NCBI RefSeq assembly: GCF_036365525.1
Contig: NC_090392.1
Location: 75,036,345 to 75,100,344, forward strand
Direction: 5' to 3'
DNA length: 64,000 bases
Source: Heterodontus francisci
Lineage: Eukaryota
Positions 37,860-51,205 of the stretch are shown here, in pieces; the first letter of the stretch is position 1, and every line of letters starts with the position of its first letter. A program made the position numbers and the translations under genes. The notes beneath the pieces are model-generated. The model was not told the origin of the DNA. It saw only the letters and a list, made by a program, of their open reading frames with translations, and did not search any database.

Positions 37860-38557
37860 AGAGTTATTCACACACGCTGAGCTCGAAGCACAGTAACAAG
37901 ATATTGCTCGAACTGTTCTACTTATCTTTTCTTCTGCTCTTTTCTGTCACAATTTGCACGTGCGTATCACTTGTGCATGCCAGCGTGGGTGCAGCGTGTA
38001 TCCGTAGGCATTAACCGAATTAGAGTTTATTTTTTATTCAGAAATACAGCACTGAAACAGGCCCTTCGGCCCACTGAGTCTGTGCCGACCAACAACCACC
38101 CATTTATACTAACCCTACAGTAATCCCATATTCCCTATCACCTCCCTATACTAGGGGCAATTTATAATGGCCAATTTACCTATCACCTGCAAGTCTTTGG
38201 ATGTGGGAGGACACCGGAGCACCCGGCGAAAACCCACACAGACACAGGGAGAACTTGCAAACTCCACACAGGCAGTACCCAGAATCGAACCCGGGTCCCT
38301 GGAGCTGTGAGGCTGCGGTGCTAACCACTGCGCCACTGTGCCGTTTAAGTTTAATAAATTTCGCTTTTCTTCTTTAAACCTAAGGAAGCCAGTTTGTGCT
38401 CATTTCTTTGCCTTATAATTGGAAAGCAGTGAACAAGGATTCACCAAGGGGATGCTCAAAACACAGTGTGTTTAAAAATTAAACAAAACCCTGTTACAAC
38501 AAGACCAGGTGAAGGCTAAAAGAGACTCCTTGGCACCTTTCTCACCTGGTTGTAGCA
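37860..38557 (+). mobile_element. Partial LTR (family A) with a nested HE1-like SINE
   Basis: Homologous to 33300-33648; ends cacctggttgtagca; 5' boundary uncertain. Confidence 0.75.
38028..38343 (-). mobile_element. HE1-like SINE
   Basis: Highly similar to 2546-2904. Confidence 0.9.
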
Positions 38558-39064
38558 GCATGTTCCCAATGGGTGATACAGCCAGTAGGCAAACACGGTC
38601 CATTTAATGGAAACATAGATAAGGGAAAGGGCACAAATACCAGCTGCAGGTAGCAGCCTTATCCATTGACAACAAGTGTTGAACAATTGTGAACAGTGAA
38701 CATTGAATTTCCATTACACACTTTTACTTAGACAATGCTCCCTGCCAGCAGGAAGGGATGGGAAAATGAGCCCTATAAAATATAAGAGAAACGCTTAAAG
38801 GAGATGGTTAGTGTAGAAAGGAAAATGTTCAGCCTAAGGTATCCCTGTGCTGTTGATATTAGAAAATGGGTATTCAAAAAAACCTCTGTTGTAGAGAATG
38901 TTTGTCAGTGTGCAGTTCCCTCCTTCCCTGTTATATTGTTCTTTTTCCAACCTCCTACAATATTTGTGTCAATTTTAAGGTCAGCATCCTTTCCTATAAT
39001 GAAGCCCAACTGGCAGATTGGGAAGACTTGGCAAGATTCTGCATTGGCCAGGCAGAGCTATGAA

Positions 39065-39222
39065 TTGAGATTGATTAGATTTTTGCCTGAGATTGATGGA
39101 GGTACGGGTATTAAGGGATATGGAACGAAGGCGGGTTGATTGAGTTAAGACACAGAGCAACCATGATCTACCTGAATGATGGATCAAGTTCAAGGGGCTG
39201 AATGACCTACTCCTGTTCCTAT
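39065..39222 (+). mobile_element. Short CR1 3' end
   Basis: gagattgattagattttt..ggtattaagggatatgga..ccatgatcta..gaatga..ggggctgaatgacctactcctgttcctatg. Confidence 0.7.
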
Positions 39223-39875
39223 GAGGTACCACGTAGCTCAAACACTAACTTGGGTATACGCAAATTGATTTTCCTTTGCATCCTTTTCGGTTTGTTAAAG
39301 TGAAGCATAGCCAACAGATTGTGGGCCCACAATCAATTATTATACAGAGCTTATTCATCTGATGGAAAAGTGTACCTATAAAAATACCTTCTTCCCTTTA
39401 CACTGATTTGTAAATCCCAGCCGCAAACACTGTGACTATCTGAATACACTACAGACATACTACATAGAGCTGAAGCGTGGGTATTACCAGAGGCAGAATC
39501 GAAATATTCAACATGTTGAAATGCGAATGGTGTGCTTATAGGAAATTATATTTAAATTAGGCACAAAATAGCTCTTTCAGCCAAGCAATGTTGTGACTGA
39601 GAAACACAATTTATTAGATTTCTGAATTGATATTATATCCCTGGTCAGAGTCCAGTTAGCTTATTAAAGCTGCAGGTGTCACGTTAATGGTTTATTTTGT
39701 AGGGAATATAAATTCTGCAACGAACCAGGAATACAAGTAGCATTGCACACACCGCTGAGACTTTCAGACAATTTATTTCCTTTTAAGGATTATTTAAATG
39801 AGTAGCTGCTCCCCTAGTGGCTTATTTTGGTAAATGCATCATCCACTGATTATTTTTCAGTTACTTTATTAATAA

Positions 39876-41680
39876 GGATGAGCTGGACATACAGCCAACC
39901 AAATCGGAACTCAGTGATGCCATTGATTCCCTAGCCAGCGGAAAAGCCCCTGGGAAGGACAGCATTACCCCTGAAATAATCAAGAGTGCCAAGCCTGCTA
40001 TACTCTCAGCACTACATGAACTGCTATGCCTGTGCTGGGACGAGGGAGCAGTACCCCAGGACATGCGCGATGCCAATATCATCACCCTCTATAAAACAAA
40101 GGTGACCGCGGTGACTGCAACAACTACAGTGGAATCTCCCTGCTCAGCATAGTGGGGAAAGTCTTTGCTCGAGTCGCTCTGAACAGGCTCCAGAAGCTGG
40201 CCGAGCGCGTCTACCCTGAGGCACAGTGTGGCTTTCGTGCAGAGAGATCGACCATTGACATGCTGTTCTCCCTTCGTCAGATACAGGAGAAATGCCGTGA
40301 ACAACAGATGCCCCTCTACATTGCTTTCATTGATCTCACCAAAGCCTTTGACCTCGTCAGCAGACGTGGTCTCTTCAGACTACTAGAAAAGATCGGATGT
40401 CCACCAAAGCTACTAAGTATCATCACCTCATTCCATGACAATATGAAAGGCACAATTCAACATGGTGGCTCCTCATCAGAGCCCTTTCCTATCCTGAGTG
40501 GTGTGAAACAGGGCTGTGTTCTCGCACCCACACTTTTTGGGATTTTCTTCTCCCTGCTGCTTTCACATGCGTTCAAATCCTCTGAAGAAGGAATTTTCCT
40601 CCACACAAGATCAGGGGGCAGGTTGTTCAACCTTGCCCGTCTAAGAGCGAAGTCCAAAGTACGGAAAGTCCTCATCAGAGAACTCCTCTTTGCTGACGAT
40701 GCTGCTTTAACATCTCACACTGAAGAGTGCCTGCAGAGTCTCATCGACAGGTTTGCGGCTGCCTGCAATGAATTTGGCCTAAACATCAGCCTCAAGAAAA
40801 CGAACATCATGGGGCAGGAGGTCAGAAATGCTCCATCCATCAATATTGGCGACCACGCTCTGGAAGTGGTTCAAGAGTTCACCTACCTAGGCTCAACTAT
40901 CACCAGTAACCTGTCTCTAGATGCAGAAATCAACAAGCGCATGGGTAAGGCTTCCACTGCTATGTCCAGACTGGCCAAGAGAGTGTGGGAAAATGGCGCA
41001 CTGACACGGAACACAAAAGTCCGAGTGTATCAGGCCTGTGTCCTCAGTACCTTGCTCTACGGCAGCGAGGCCTGGACAACGTATGCCAGCCAAGAGCGAC
41101 GTCTCAATTCATTCCATCTTCGCTGCCTTCGGAGAATACTTGGCATCAGGTGGCAGGACTATATCTCCAACACAGAAGTCCTTGAAGTGGCCAACACCCC
41201 CAGCTTATACACACTACTGAGTCAGCGGCGCTTGAGATGGCTTGGCCATGTGAGCCGCATGGAAGATGGCAGGATCCCCAAGGACACATTGTACAGCGAG
41301 CTCGCCACTGGTATCAGACCCACCGGCCGTCCATGTCTCCGCTATAAAGACGTCTGCAAACGCGACATGAAATCGTGTGACATTGATCACAAGTCGTGGG
41401 AGTCAGTTGCCAGCATTCGCCAGAGTTGGCGGGCAGCCATAAAGACAGGGCTAAATTGTGGCGAGTCGAAGAGACTTAGTAGTTGGCAGGAAAAAAGACA
41501 GAGGCGCAAGGGGAGAGCCAACTGTGCAACAGCCCCGACAAACAAATTTCTCTGCAGCACCTGTGGAAGAGCCTGTCACTCCAGAATTGGCCTTTATAGC
41601 CACTCCAGGCGCTGCTTCACAAACCACTGACCACCTCCAGGCGCGTATCCATTGTCTCTCGAGATAAGGAGGCCCAAAAA
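39876..41680 (+). mobile_element. 5'-truncated RTE-clade LINE
   Basis: RT motifs FIDLTKAFD, GVKQGCVLAP, LLFADD; C-terminal Cys/His finger CSTCGRACHSRIGLYSHSRRC; 1-bp deletion near 40095. Confidence 0.95.
40152..41630 (+). pseudogene. RTE reverse transcriptase (partial ORF)
   Basis: 492-aa open frame nearly identical to the C-terminal part of 54346-56103. Confidence 0.9.
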
Positions 41681-42146
41681 GAGTCTTACATTCCGTAGAG
41701 GTGCACCTAATCTTTATGTTGGCCCATTCTCTTCATACCAGGCTATATTCTGCCCAGCCTGCTGTGTTTTGTGTTACAGACGTTTCCAGCGGTGTCATTT
41801 AATGAGTAACACAACCCCTGGGACTTGACAGAACCAAAAGAGTGAGTTCTGCAGTGAGTGATCAGCTCCTACTGCTCTCATCATGAAATTTTCTGACAAG
41901 TCCAACTGAAAGAGCTATCCAATTATTTCCACTCTCCTACTCTTTCCCCATTGCCCTCCAAATTCCCTTTTGAAAGTTATCGCTGAATCTGCTTCCACAA
42001 TTCTTTCAGGTTGTGCATTCCAGATTATAGCGACATGCTGCATAAAAAAAAATCTTCCATGTATCTCCGCTCTGTGAGCCCAATCAGTATGGCCAGGCTA
42101 TTGGGCTCTGGAAGGGGACCCTGGCTGATGCTGATCCTTCATCTGT

Positions 42147-42450
42147 AGGGTCAGTTACGAGGGGTCACAAGTTTAAGGTGAGGGGTGGGAGGTTTAAGGG
42201 GGATTTGAGGAAGAACGTTTTTACCCAGAGGGTGGTGACGGTCTGGAATGCCCTGCCTGGGAGGGTGGTAGAGGCAGGTTGCCTCACATCCTGTAAAAAG
42301 TACCTGGATGAGCACTTGGCACGTCATAACATTTAAGGTTATGGGCCAAGTACTGGCAAATGGGATTAGGTAGACAGGTCAGGTGTTTTAATGCATCGGT
42401 GCAGACTCGATGTGCCGAAGGGCCTCTTCTGCACTGTATTATTCTGTGAT
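42147..42450 (+). mobile_element. CR1 3' end
   Basis: ggggtcacaagtttaaggtgagggg..tttacccagagggtggtg..ctggaatgccctgcc..gccgaagggcctcttctgcactgta. Confidence 0.85.
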
Positions 42451-42491
42451 TCATCATCTGAAGTTCATAGTTTCCTTAGTCGAGAAGCACT

Positions 42492-43259
42492 GGGCTGAAA
42501 TTCATAAGCAAGCTGCCGAAATCGGCGGCGGGCGAAAAAAAATGAAGTAGCTCATTTAAATAGCTGGGGCGAGCGGCTCCCCCCCACCACCCACCCAATC
42601 ACATGGAGGGAGCGGACTGTCTGACCCCACCAATGGTGTCAGCTGCCTGTGCGTAGGTGCTGACACATTTTTAAAGGGCTGTTAGTCCTACCGGCATATT
42701 TAAATATTTGAAGAAACATTTAATGAAATTAAATAAATACATCTCCTTTGCTTCTCCCCCACCTCCCCAAAAACAACTAAATTAATTATTTGCTTCCCCC
42801 CCCCAAAGCACTTACCTTTATCATTTGACCTTTGCCCCCAACAACTGCACAAACTTTAAACTACAACCCTTCCCACCATCCCCTACACCCATGATGTTGA
42901 TTTGACCGTCTCCTCGTTCCCCCCCACCCCCCGCACTGAGAAACCTACCTCTGCCCCCCCTCCCCACCAGTGTTGCACCTCGTTTCCCTGGATGAGAATC
43001 TGAAGGCGTGGGAGTGCCGGCTATCGAGCCGAAGATTGCAGTGGGACGTCAAGAGGTGAGGTCAGTTTATTTAAATTAATTATTTTAATTGATTTCAATA
43101 TTTACATTGTGGTCCAGTCACTCAGCAGTGGGACGCTGCCATGGTGCTTTGCCATCACTGGAAGGATCGGGCCAGGCCCTGCTAGCATCGAGTTCCGTGC
43201 CATCTTCAGGCTCCCTCCACCATGGATCTCGAGTTTGAGGGCTCCCTAAAATCCAGCCC
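42492..43259. mobile_element. PIF/Harbinger-like MITE
   Basis: TIRs gggctgaaattc / aaaatccagccc; 3-bp TSD ACT. Confidence 0.75.
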
Positions 43260-43515
43260 ACTAAGTCAAATTGTGGCATTTATAGTACCGCCCTGGCTGA
43301 GGCTATCTCATTCAACATGAGGCAAATATTGAACCTGGAATCTTTCAAGTTATCAGAGAAAGTCTTTAATTTCCGAAAACAAATTTCTAACCCATTGCTT
43401 CCATCTTAACCCCAACTCCCATCTCAAAAAAAAATCTAAACTGTTCTCAATCATCTGTAATGCTTGTGAACTCCTCATGATAGCCTGCCTTTCCTTTAAT
43501 TTCTAACAGTTAATT

Positions 43516-43703
43516 GGGAGCAATTTTAACCTGACCTGCTCATTGAGAAACTAACAGGAGCAGGGTACAATGATGGTTTTACACTGCACTTGATCTTGGC
43601 TTCCCATTAAAGTCAATGGAGATTGATATTGGGCAGGCTGTAGAAGTGGTGTTCTACCCAATCCCATGGGTTCCCTCCTGAGAGTTGGCTTAAAATTATC
43701 CCC
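43516..43703. mobile_element. Short MITE-like relic
   Basis: Imperfect TIRs gggagcaattttaacc / ggcttaaaattatcccc; cccattaaagtcaatgg internal palindrome. Confidence 0.5.
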
Positions 43704-45578
43704 AGAGTGTCTATAACTGCAATACTTGGGGGAACAAGACCCATGTCTTGCTCTGGTGCTTGACACTCCCGGCTCATCTGTCCCTTTCACTCTCGGCAGG
43801 TGATGTTCTCACATCAGGTAAGTTTAGGTTTGGTATGCATAAACACACATTATTGATTTCTTCTGCAGGACTGATATTGCATAATAGATGCCCAGTCATC
43901 CCAAGCCTGCAGGAGCCTCAGAGATAGGAATGCACATCCAAATATTGCTTTAATGTAGGAATGTAGAAAGGAGTAATATTGGGATCATTGCTTTTGATCT
44001 GTCTGAACCCAAAGTTGGCATGGTATCGTGTACAATGGGACTGATAATGCTGTCCCAGAGCAGTGGCAGTAGGAAATCAACTCCGTTTACATCCATCAGT
44101 GCTACTTAAGGATGCAAACACTCTAGGATTGTCCTGGAGTCTGCTGGAATCAAAGGAAAAATATCATAGATGCACAAAAAATTGTGTTTTTTTCATCTTC
44201 TTTGAAAAATTTTGTTGCTGTTAGTTAGGAAATGTTAAAGATGGAAAATGAGGCTGTTTGACTGACAGTCATATTGTCCAAGTGTGTACTGACGAGTATG
44301 TTCACTCATCATTTGCCGTAGGAAGGTCGTGTGCTCCAAGAATGGACATGTTGGGTGACCAATGGTGGGAGGGTGAAGGCGGGGTGGTTGCAGACAGGAG
44401 GTCATGTAATGAAATGTCCTGGAGTACTCCACTCAGGATTGGCAACCCCATTGGTGTTTGCAGTGTGTATAACATGACAAGTGGGGATGCCAAGGGGTTG
44501 AGGATGGAATGTAGGGCACTAGCAGCAATGGAAGTGCATCTGGCTGTCCATTCATTGCTGCCATTTTTCTTACGCCAGCTACTATAAACAGAAACCGGTT
44601 GCAGGATTTGGCTAGCAAAGGCTATAAAAAAGGTTTGATAGGTAAGGATGGTCCAGGGCCAAGGAGAAGGCCATTCTGGATTAAAACAGTTTTTTATTCC
44701 CACCAACTTCCCTGTTTTTGCTCAACAACCACAGCATTGCTCGGGTACCTGAGTGCAATCTGCAGAAATCCTTAATATAAGTAACTGCTGGGACCTTAAT
44801 GAGACTCACAGTGCACTCTGTGCTGTTGTGCCTAAGGTCTCCACGCCTGATAATACAGCGAGCCAGCAATCAGTGTGCCGTGGTGCAAAGTGGACTAGCC
44901 ATTGTGTTACCCACCACTCTTTCTGATAGGCTCTTCAAATACTTTCTCTGTCCAATAATGGTTAAGCATTGCTTATCTTTACTGCGTCTTTCCATTGGAA
45001 GTTTGCTGCTGGGGTTGGCAAGATTTCACAGTGTCACTGATCACTGCCTTTACAGTGACATCTCTGCAGCTCTGTTTCACAATGAAAGGGGGAAGGTGGA
45101 AATTCTGTGTGCTCACTAATTGTAGTGCGTGTTCTTTACAAAAAGTCAGCAGGGAAAGCATTGCTTTGAAGGCTAGTTGTCTTACAATAAAACAAGAACT
45201 GATTTATGTGCTGGGCATGAACTGATAGGAAGAGAGGGTTTTACGAAATAGTACCGAATTTTTACAGAGCTTTAAGACTCCTGTATTTATTATGGCCAGT
45301 TTTTCTGATTGTTCTACTTTGATACTGTGTTACAAGAGTTTTGTTTTTGTATTGAAAACTTAGAATTCTGTGTGTTTTTAAAAACCGAGGAAAGGATTTT
45401 TTCTGGGGACATTGCTGACAATTGGTGGGTTTAGACTGAATGAAATACACAGACTGCAAGGCACCTGTTTCCAAACAAGTCAGCAGGGGAATGACAGGTC
45501 AAGATTTATTATTATCATGTGAGTTGATTGTTGAAGTTAGTTTCAGTTTTGGATTATAAAGAACCAGTGAGTTGGACA

Positions 45579-46272
45579 AGCTGTTTCTTAGGAATAGAAA
45601 GGAAAAAAATAAAATGATTGAGTTTATTACATTCTGGTAGGATCTTTTAGGTACAGTGAGGTGTCCCAGAGTCGAATAGTCGGATGCCACTCAAAGTCTG
45701 TCTATGTGAGGTTGATGAACAGTCAGTGATGGGTAGGCATTCAAGGCAATTTTTCTGCAGCAGGCGTCACACAGGTCTTTCAGCAGGAATGCAGCAATTG
45801 GTGTGCTCAGGAGTCACAGCAGCTTTTGAAATTTGGCTGTGACCTGCCTGGAAATGAGAGAAGAAGACCAGACTCTATAAAGGAAACCTGAATCTCTTGA
45901 AAAGAAATCCTGCATTTGGAAGGTGGCAGATTCTTGTTGCCTCCTGTCTCTGAAGAATTCCTGCATCCGGTGTGATTCCTGTTGTCTCCTATGTTTAGGG
46001 AAACCCTGGAACCTGCAGATAGCTTCTACTGCTGTGTTGCTGCTGTGAGTCCTGAGCACACCAGTTGCTGCACCCCTGTTGAAAGTCCTGTGTGATGCCT
46101 CCTGCAGACAAATTGCCTTGAATGCCTACCCATCACAGACTATTCATCAACCTCACCTGGAGAGACTTTGAGTGGCATCCAACTATTCAACTCTGGGACA
46201 CCTCACTGTATCGATAGTGTAGTGATAAACTCAATCATTTTAATTTTTCCTTTTTATTCCTAAGGAACAGCT
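45579..46272. repeat. Imperfect inverted repeat (arms 45579-45823 and 46039-46272)
   Basis: e.g. gatgggtaggcattcaaggcaat / attgccttgaatgcctacccatc; cagtgaggtgtcccagagt / actctgggacacctcactg. Confidence 0.9.
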
Positions 46273-46582
46273 GTAAACCAAAAATTCTTTTCCATGGTTA
46301 ACCGTTTTTTTTGAATGTATGTGTGTGTGCATGAGGACTAAGGAGATTTTCATATATATAGATTTATCTCGTTAGTAGTTAGGACTTATTATTTCTTTTC
46401 CAATAAATAGTTAATGCTGTTGTTGTTTAAGGAAACCCGGTTTAGTGTGCTTTATTCTGGGGGACAAATAATGTCTCTAATTTGACTATTCTTTGGTAGG
46501 TGGGAAACCTTCTTGATATGCTGTGACCTGTGGAGTAGTGGGACTGAATTAACAGTGCATTACTCCCACCTTGGTCATAACA
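45824..46582 (+). mobile_element. LTR (family B), 3' portion
   Basis: Ends ttggtcataaca like family A; aataaa at ~46402. Confidence 0.6.
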
Positions 46583-47254
46583 ACTGGTACCTGCATTCGA
46601 ATAGTTTGAACCTTCAGGGGGTTATACTGCTGGGTCTGTGCCACTTTGTTAAGGTGTCTCATACTAAAAGGGGTTGGAACTCATCTTGGACAATAGTGCA
46701 AAACAGTGCGACAGCCAGTTGGCAATCTGTTTTATACCCCGCCCATGTTTCTTTTCTGTGGGAAATGCGCTATTACCCAAGGTGAATCACTACCCCTTTC
46801 AGTTAAAGTGAGATCGCACAAGTTACACTGTAGATTGTTGCAATTCAATACAAATTTCATGTCAGAACAATGCAACATGTGCAGCCTTAGTGACCCATGA
46901 AAGTCTAATAACAGTGTTAGTTACCTTTCTATGTGTCCATGGGCTCGTCATCACTCAAATAACATTATAGAGAGAGGCATTTTAATTACAATATCGATTT
47001 TTCATCAACATTCTCTTTACTAAAGCAGTTAAACGTTCAGGCTGATATTTTCCTCTGGGTGTTGGAGTTAACACATCCATAGACAGATGTAAATGTAATT
47101 AACAGATTCTCTATAACTAGCAGACAGGGAAATATTGTGAGAGAACAGGATTTGGAATTTATTGAATAATTTCAAGCAGTTTACATCCCTGTTACTAGAG
47201 GGTGCTGTTTTAATATAATTTCACACAGTTAGAAAATCCTATTTTCTATTTAAC

Positions 47255-47940
47255 ATCATAGATTGGTAGAGCACAGAAGGAGGCCATTTGGCCCTTTCAG
47301 TCTGCGCTGGCTCTTTCAAAGAGCAATCTAGTTAGTCCCACTCCCCTGCTCTTGCTCTATATCCCTGCAATTTTTTTCTCCTTCAAGTATTTATCCAATT
47401 CTCTTTTTGAAGGCTGCAATTGAATCTGTATCCACCACCCTATCAGGCAGTGCATTCCAAATCTTAAACACTCATTGTGTAAAAAAAGCTTTTCCTCATG
47501 TTGCCTTTGGTGCTTCTGCCAATCACATTAAATCTATGCCCTCGGGTTATCAACCCTTCAGCAATTGGAAACTGTTTCTCTTTATTTATCTAAATCTTTA
47601 ATTATTTTGAATACATCTTTCAAATCTCCTCTTAGCCTTCTCTGTTCTAAGGAGAACAACCCCAGTTTCTCTAGTCTATCCATATAACTGGAACTTCCCT
47701 GGAACCATTCTAATAAATCTCGTCTGTATCCTCTCCAAAGCTTTCATGTCCTTCCGGAAGTGTGGTGCCCAAAATTGGATACAACACTCCAGCTAGGGCC
47801 AAACTAGTGTTTTATAAGGTTTAGCATAACCTCCTGGCTTTTGTGCTCTATGCTTCTAGTTATAAAGCCAGCATCCCATATGCCGTATTAAATGCTTTGT
47901 TAACCTGTCATGCTGCCTTCAAAGATATGTGCATAAACAG
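47255..47940 (-). mobile_element. CR1 3' portion
   Basis: Reverse-complement CR1 ORF2 end and 3'UTR. Confidence 0.85.
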
Positions 47941-48977
47941 CTCCGTATGAGGAAATCTTACAGCTTTTTAAAAATTTACTTCTGGGTGTAGGTCTTTGTG
48001 AATGCTGGCATAGTTCAGCCTTTGGTAATGACATTTTAGTGTCATGTATACTATGTTGTTTGCAATACATTGGCCAAGAGTTTCTGCTTTGGGTGCAATC
48101 AGCCATCTGGGTGCAAATTGTATTAGTTTCTAGAAGCATTTTTTTTTGCTGAAGTTTTCACCCATTTATCTCCTTTGCTTATCACCGGATGTAAAATCTT
48201 ACATGAACCAACGCAATCGGACAGCGTTTTAGAAAATAATTTAAAAAGAAATTTGCCCATAAAAATATTTCTTGATATATATTTAAGAGAGATAACTAGT
48301 GCCGTTTGAACATTACAGCTAAAAATGGGTTTATCACAAAAAAAAAGCATTTTTAAAGAGAGACTGATCCACCACCTGTGATAAATCTGATTTTAAATAA
48401 CTGAAAGCGATTTTTTAAAACTATAGTACAGTAGTCGGTTTCTTAGTAAATAACAAAAAAAAATTTAAATGATTTTAAAACGTGTCTTTGAATTTAAAAG
48501 AAAAGTTTTGTCTTAAAAGTCTCTTTGCAGGCCTACAAATGGGCACAATTAGTGGAAACTTTTCATGGTGACTAATCCCATTTGGAGTTCTGGCAGGTTT
48601 CATGGGAGGGGCCATCTTCCAGTGCGATGTTCTTCAAATTAGCCCAACAGATTGTAGAAATTCAACTTGTGCATGAAATTCTGCAATGTTTTGCTCTGGT
48701 TAGGGTGTTTGGGCAAATTGCACTGAGAAAATCAGCACATCCTAACAACCAACTCCTGTGCACTGTGTTTTTCAGGTCCTCAGCTTTTACAGGCCTGTAC
48801 ATGACTTTTAGTTCTTGCTTCTATCGCACTGTAATTATTTTTGTGATTTGGACATTTACTAGTTCTAAAAGCAGTTGCTTTATAGAAATAGATTATTATT
48901 GAATAAATTTCATTATATCCACATTTCTGTGCTTGTATTACAAATTAATGGCACGTTCAGAGTTACCTTCAGGCTTA

Positions 48978-49556
48978 ACATAGGAACATAGGAGCAGGAG
49001 TAGGCCGCTCACCCTCCACCATTCAGTTAGATCATAGCTGATCATCTAACTCAACGCCACTTTCCCACGTTATCCCCATATCCCTTGATGTCATTAGTAT
49101 CCAGATATCTATCGATTTCTGTCTTGAACATGCTCAATGACTGAGCTTCCACAGCCCTCTGGGGTAGAGAATTCCAGAGATTCACCATGCTCTGGGTAAA
49201 GAAATTCCTCCTTATCTCAGTCTTAAATGGCCTGCCCCTTATTCTGAAAATATGTCTCCTGGTTTTGGACTCACCGGCCAGGGGAAACATCCTACCTCCA
49301 CCCACACTATCACGCTCTGTAAGAATTTCGTGAGTTTCAATGAGATCACCTCTCATTCTTCGAAACGCTAGAGAATACAGGCCCGGTTTCCTCAATCTCT
49401 CCTCATAAGACAATCCCACCATCCCAGGAATTAGTCTGGTGAACCTCCGTTGCACTCCCTCTAGGGCAAGTATATCCTTCCTTAGATGAGGAGACCAAAA
49501 CTGTACACAATACTCCAGGTGCGGTCTCACCAAGGCTCTGTACAATTACAGCAAGA
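48978..49556 (-). mobile_element. CR1 3' portion
   Basis: ORF 49051-49545 YRALVRPHLEYCVQFWSPHLRKD... Confidence 0.92.
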
Positions 49557-49704
49557 TTAAGTTGGGTGTGACTTTGGGATTCCCCAGTTTTTCCCCCTCA
49601 GTTCCTGTGGGTGATGAATCTTGTGTGTAGTCCTACTGATGCCTGCTGTCATCTGGTACCTTGACAAACTAGCCTGGACAGACAGCATCATGGAGCTATT
49701 CAAT

Positions 49705-50055
49705 TATAAGTGTTTCCTTAGAGCAGAGTAGCTTAAGAGAAGATTTAATCGAGGTGTTCAAAATCGTTAATCGCAAAAGGGTCAAAAACCAGAGGTCACA
49801 AATTTAAGGTTATTGGCCAAGGAACCAGAAGCAACTTGAGGAAAAACTTTTCTACACAATGAGTGGTTATGATTTGGAATGCACTTCCCTGTATGGTAGT
49901 GGATACAGATTCAGCAGTAGCTTTCAACATGGAATTGGATAAAATTGAAAAACATTGCAGGGATATGGAGAAAAAGTTATGGAGGGGCTAACTGGATTGT
50001 TCTTCCAAAGAGCCAGTACAGATGGGTTGAATGACCTCCTTCTGTGCTGCACTAT
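49705..50055 (+). mobile_element. CR1 3' end relic
   Basis: gaggtgttcaaaatc..ggaatgcact..gaattggataaa..gaatgacctccttctgtgctg. Confidence 0.8.
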
Positions 50056-50299
50056 TCTAGGAGTCTGGGTAAAATCAGGACAGATGAAGAACGGGTTACA
50101 ATGCACTATCACCTGTTGTACAATATTGCACAAAGTCAAGATCTACCCCAAGATATTGGAAATCTGAAACAAAAAAAACTAGAGTGTTGGAAAAGCTCGC
50201 CAGACTTGTGAAAAGAGCAGATAGATGTTCCAGTCCACACCCTCAATGTTAACTTGTCTGCTCTTTCCAGTTTATTTTCATTGAAAGCAGCAAATCTGC

Positions 50300-50640
50300 A
50301 ACAACAACTTGCATTTATATAGCATCTTTAATGTGGTAAAATGTCCCAAAGCATTTCACAGGAACGTGATCAGACGAGAATTGACGCTGAACCAAAGAAG
50401 ATGTTGTTTGGTTAATGAGGTAGATTTTAAGCAATGTCTTAAAGGAGGTGGCAAGGCAAAGAGGTTTGGGGAGGGAATTCCAGAGTTTAGGGACTAGAGG
50501 ACTGGCGGCACGGCTGCCAATGATGGTGTGAAAGGGATGGTGAGGATGTGCAAGAGGTCAGAGTTGGAGGAACACAGAGATCTCTGAGGGCTGTAGGACT
50601 GGAGGAGGTTACTGAGATGGGGATGAGCGAGGCCATGGAG
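50300..50640 (-). mobile_element. L2-group LINE 3' end
   Basis: caacaacaacttgcatttatatagca tail; reverse complement of the 2070-2435 family. Confidence 0.75.
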
Positions 50641-50659
50641 GAAGTACACTGGTTCGTCC

Positions 50660-51205
50660 CCAACTGGAGTATTGTATCCAATCCTGAGGACCACACTTTA
50701 GGAATGATGCAAAGGCGTTGGAGAAGGTGCAGAAAAGATTCATAAGAATGGTTCCAGAGACGAGAGACTTTGGTTACATCGATAGATTATCGAAGCTGGG
50801 GCTGTTCTCCTTAGAGAAGAAAAGATGAAGAGGGGATTTGACAGAGCTGTTCAAAATCATGAGGGGTCTGGACAGGGTAGATAGGGAGAAACTGTTCCCA
50901 TTGGTGGAAGGGTCGAGAACCAGAGGACACCGATTTAAGGTGAATGGCAAAAGAACAAGAGGTGACATGAGGAAAAACTTTTTTATGCAGCGAATGGTTA
51001 GGATCTGGAATGCACTGCCTGAGAATGTGGTGGAGACAGATTCAATCGTGGCTTTCAAAAGGGAATTGGATAATTATCTGAAGAGAAAAAAATTGCAAGG
51101 CTATGGGGAAAAGGCAGGGGAGTAGGACTAGGACTAGGCTATTGTAAAGAGCCAGCATGGACAGGACAGGATGAATGGCCTCCTTCTGAGCTGTAACCAT
51201 TCTAT
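50660..51205 (+). mobile_element. CR1 3' portion
   Basis: ORF ELFKIMRGLDRVDREKLFPL..RTRGH..WNALP. Confidence 0.88.

Noticed and set aside
50165-50280. Third Penelope/hammerhead-like relic
   Set aside because: Too degenerate; catalytic core not recognisable
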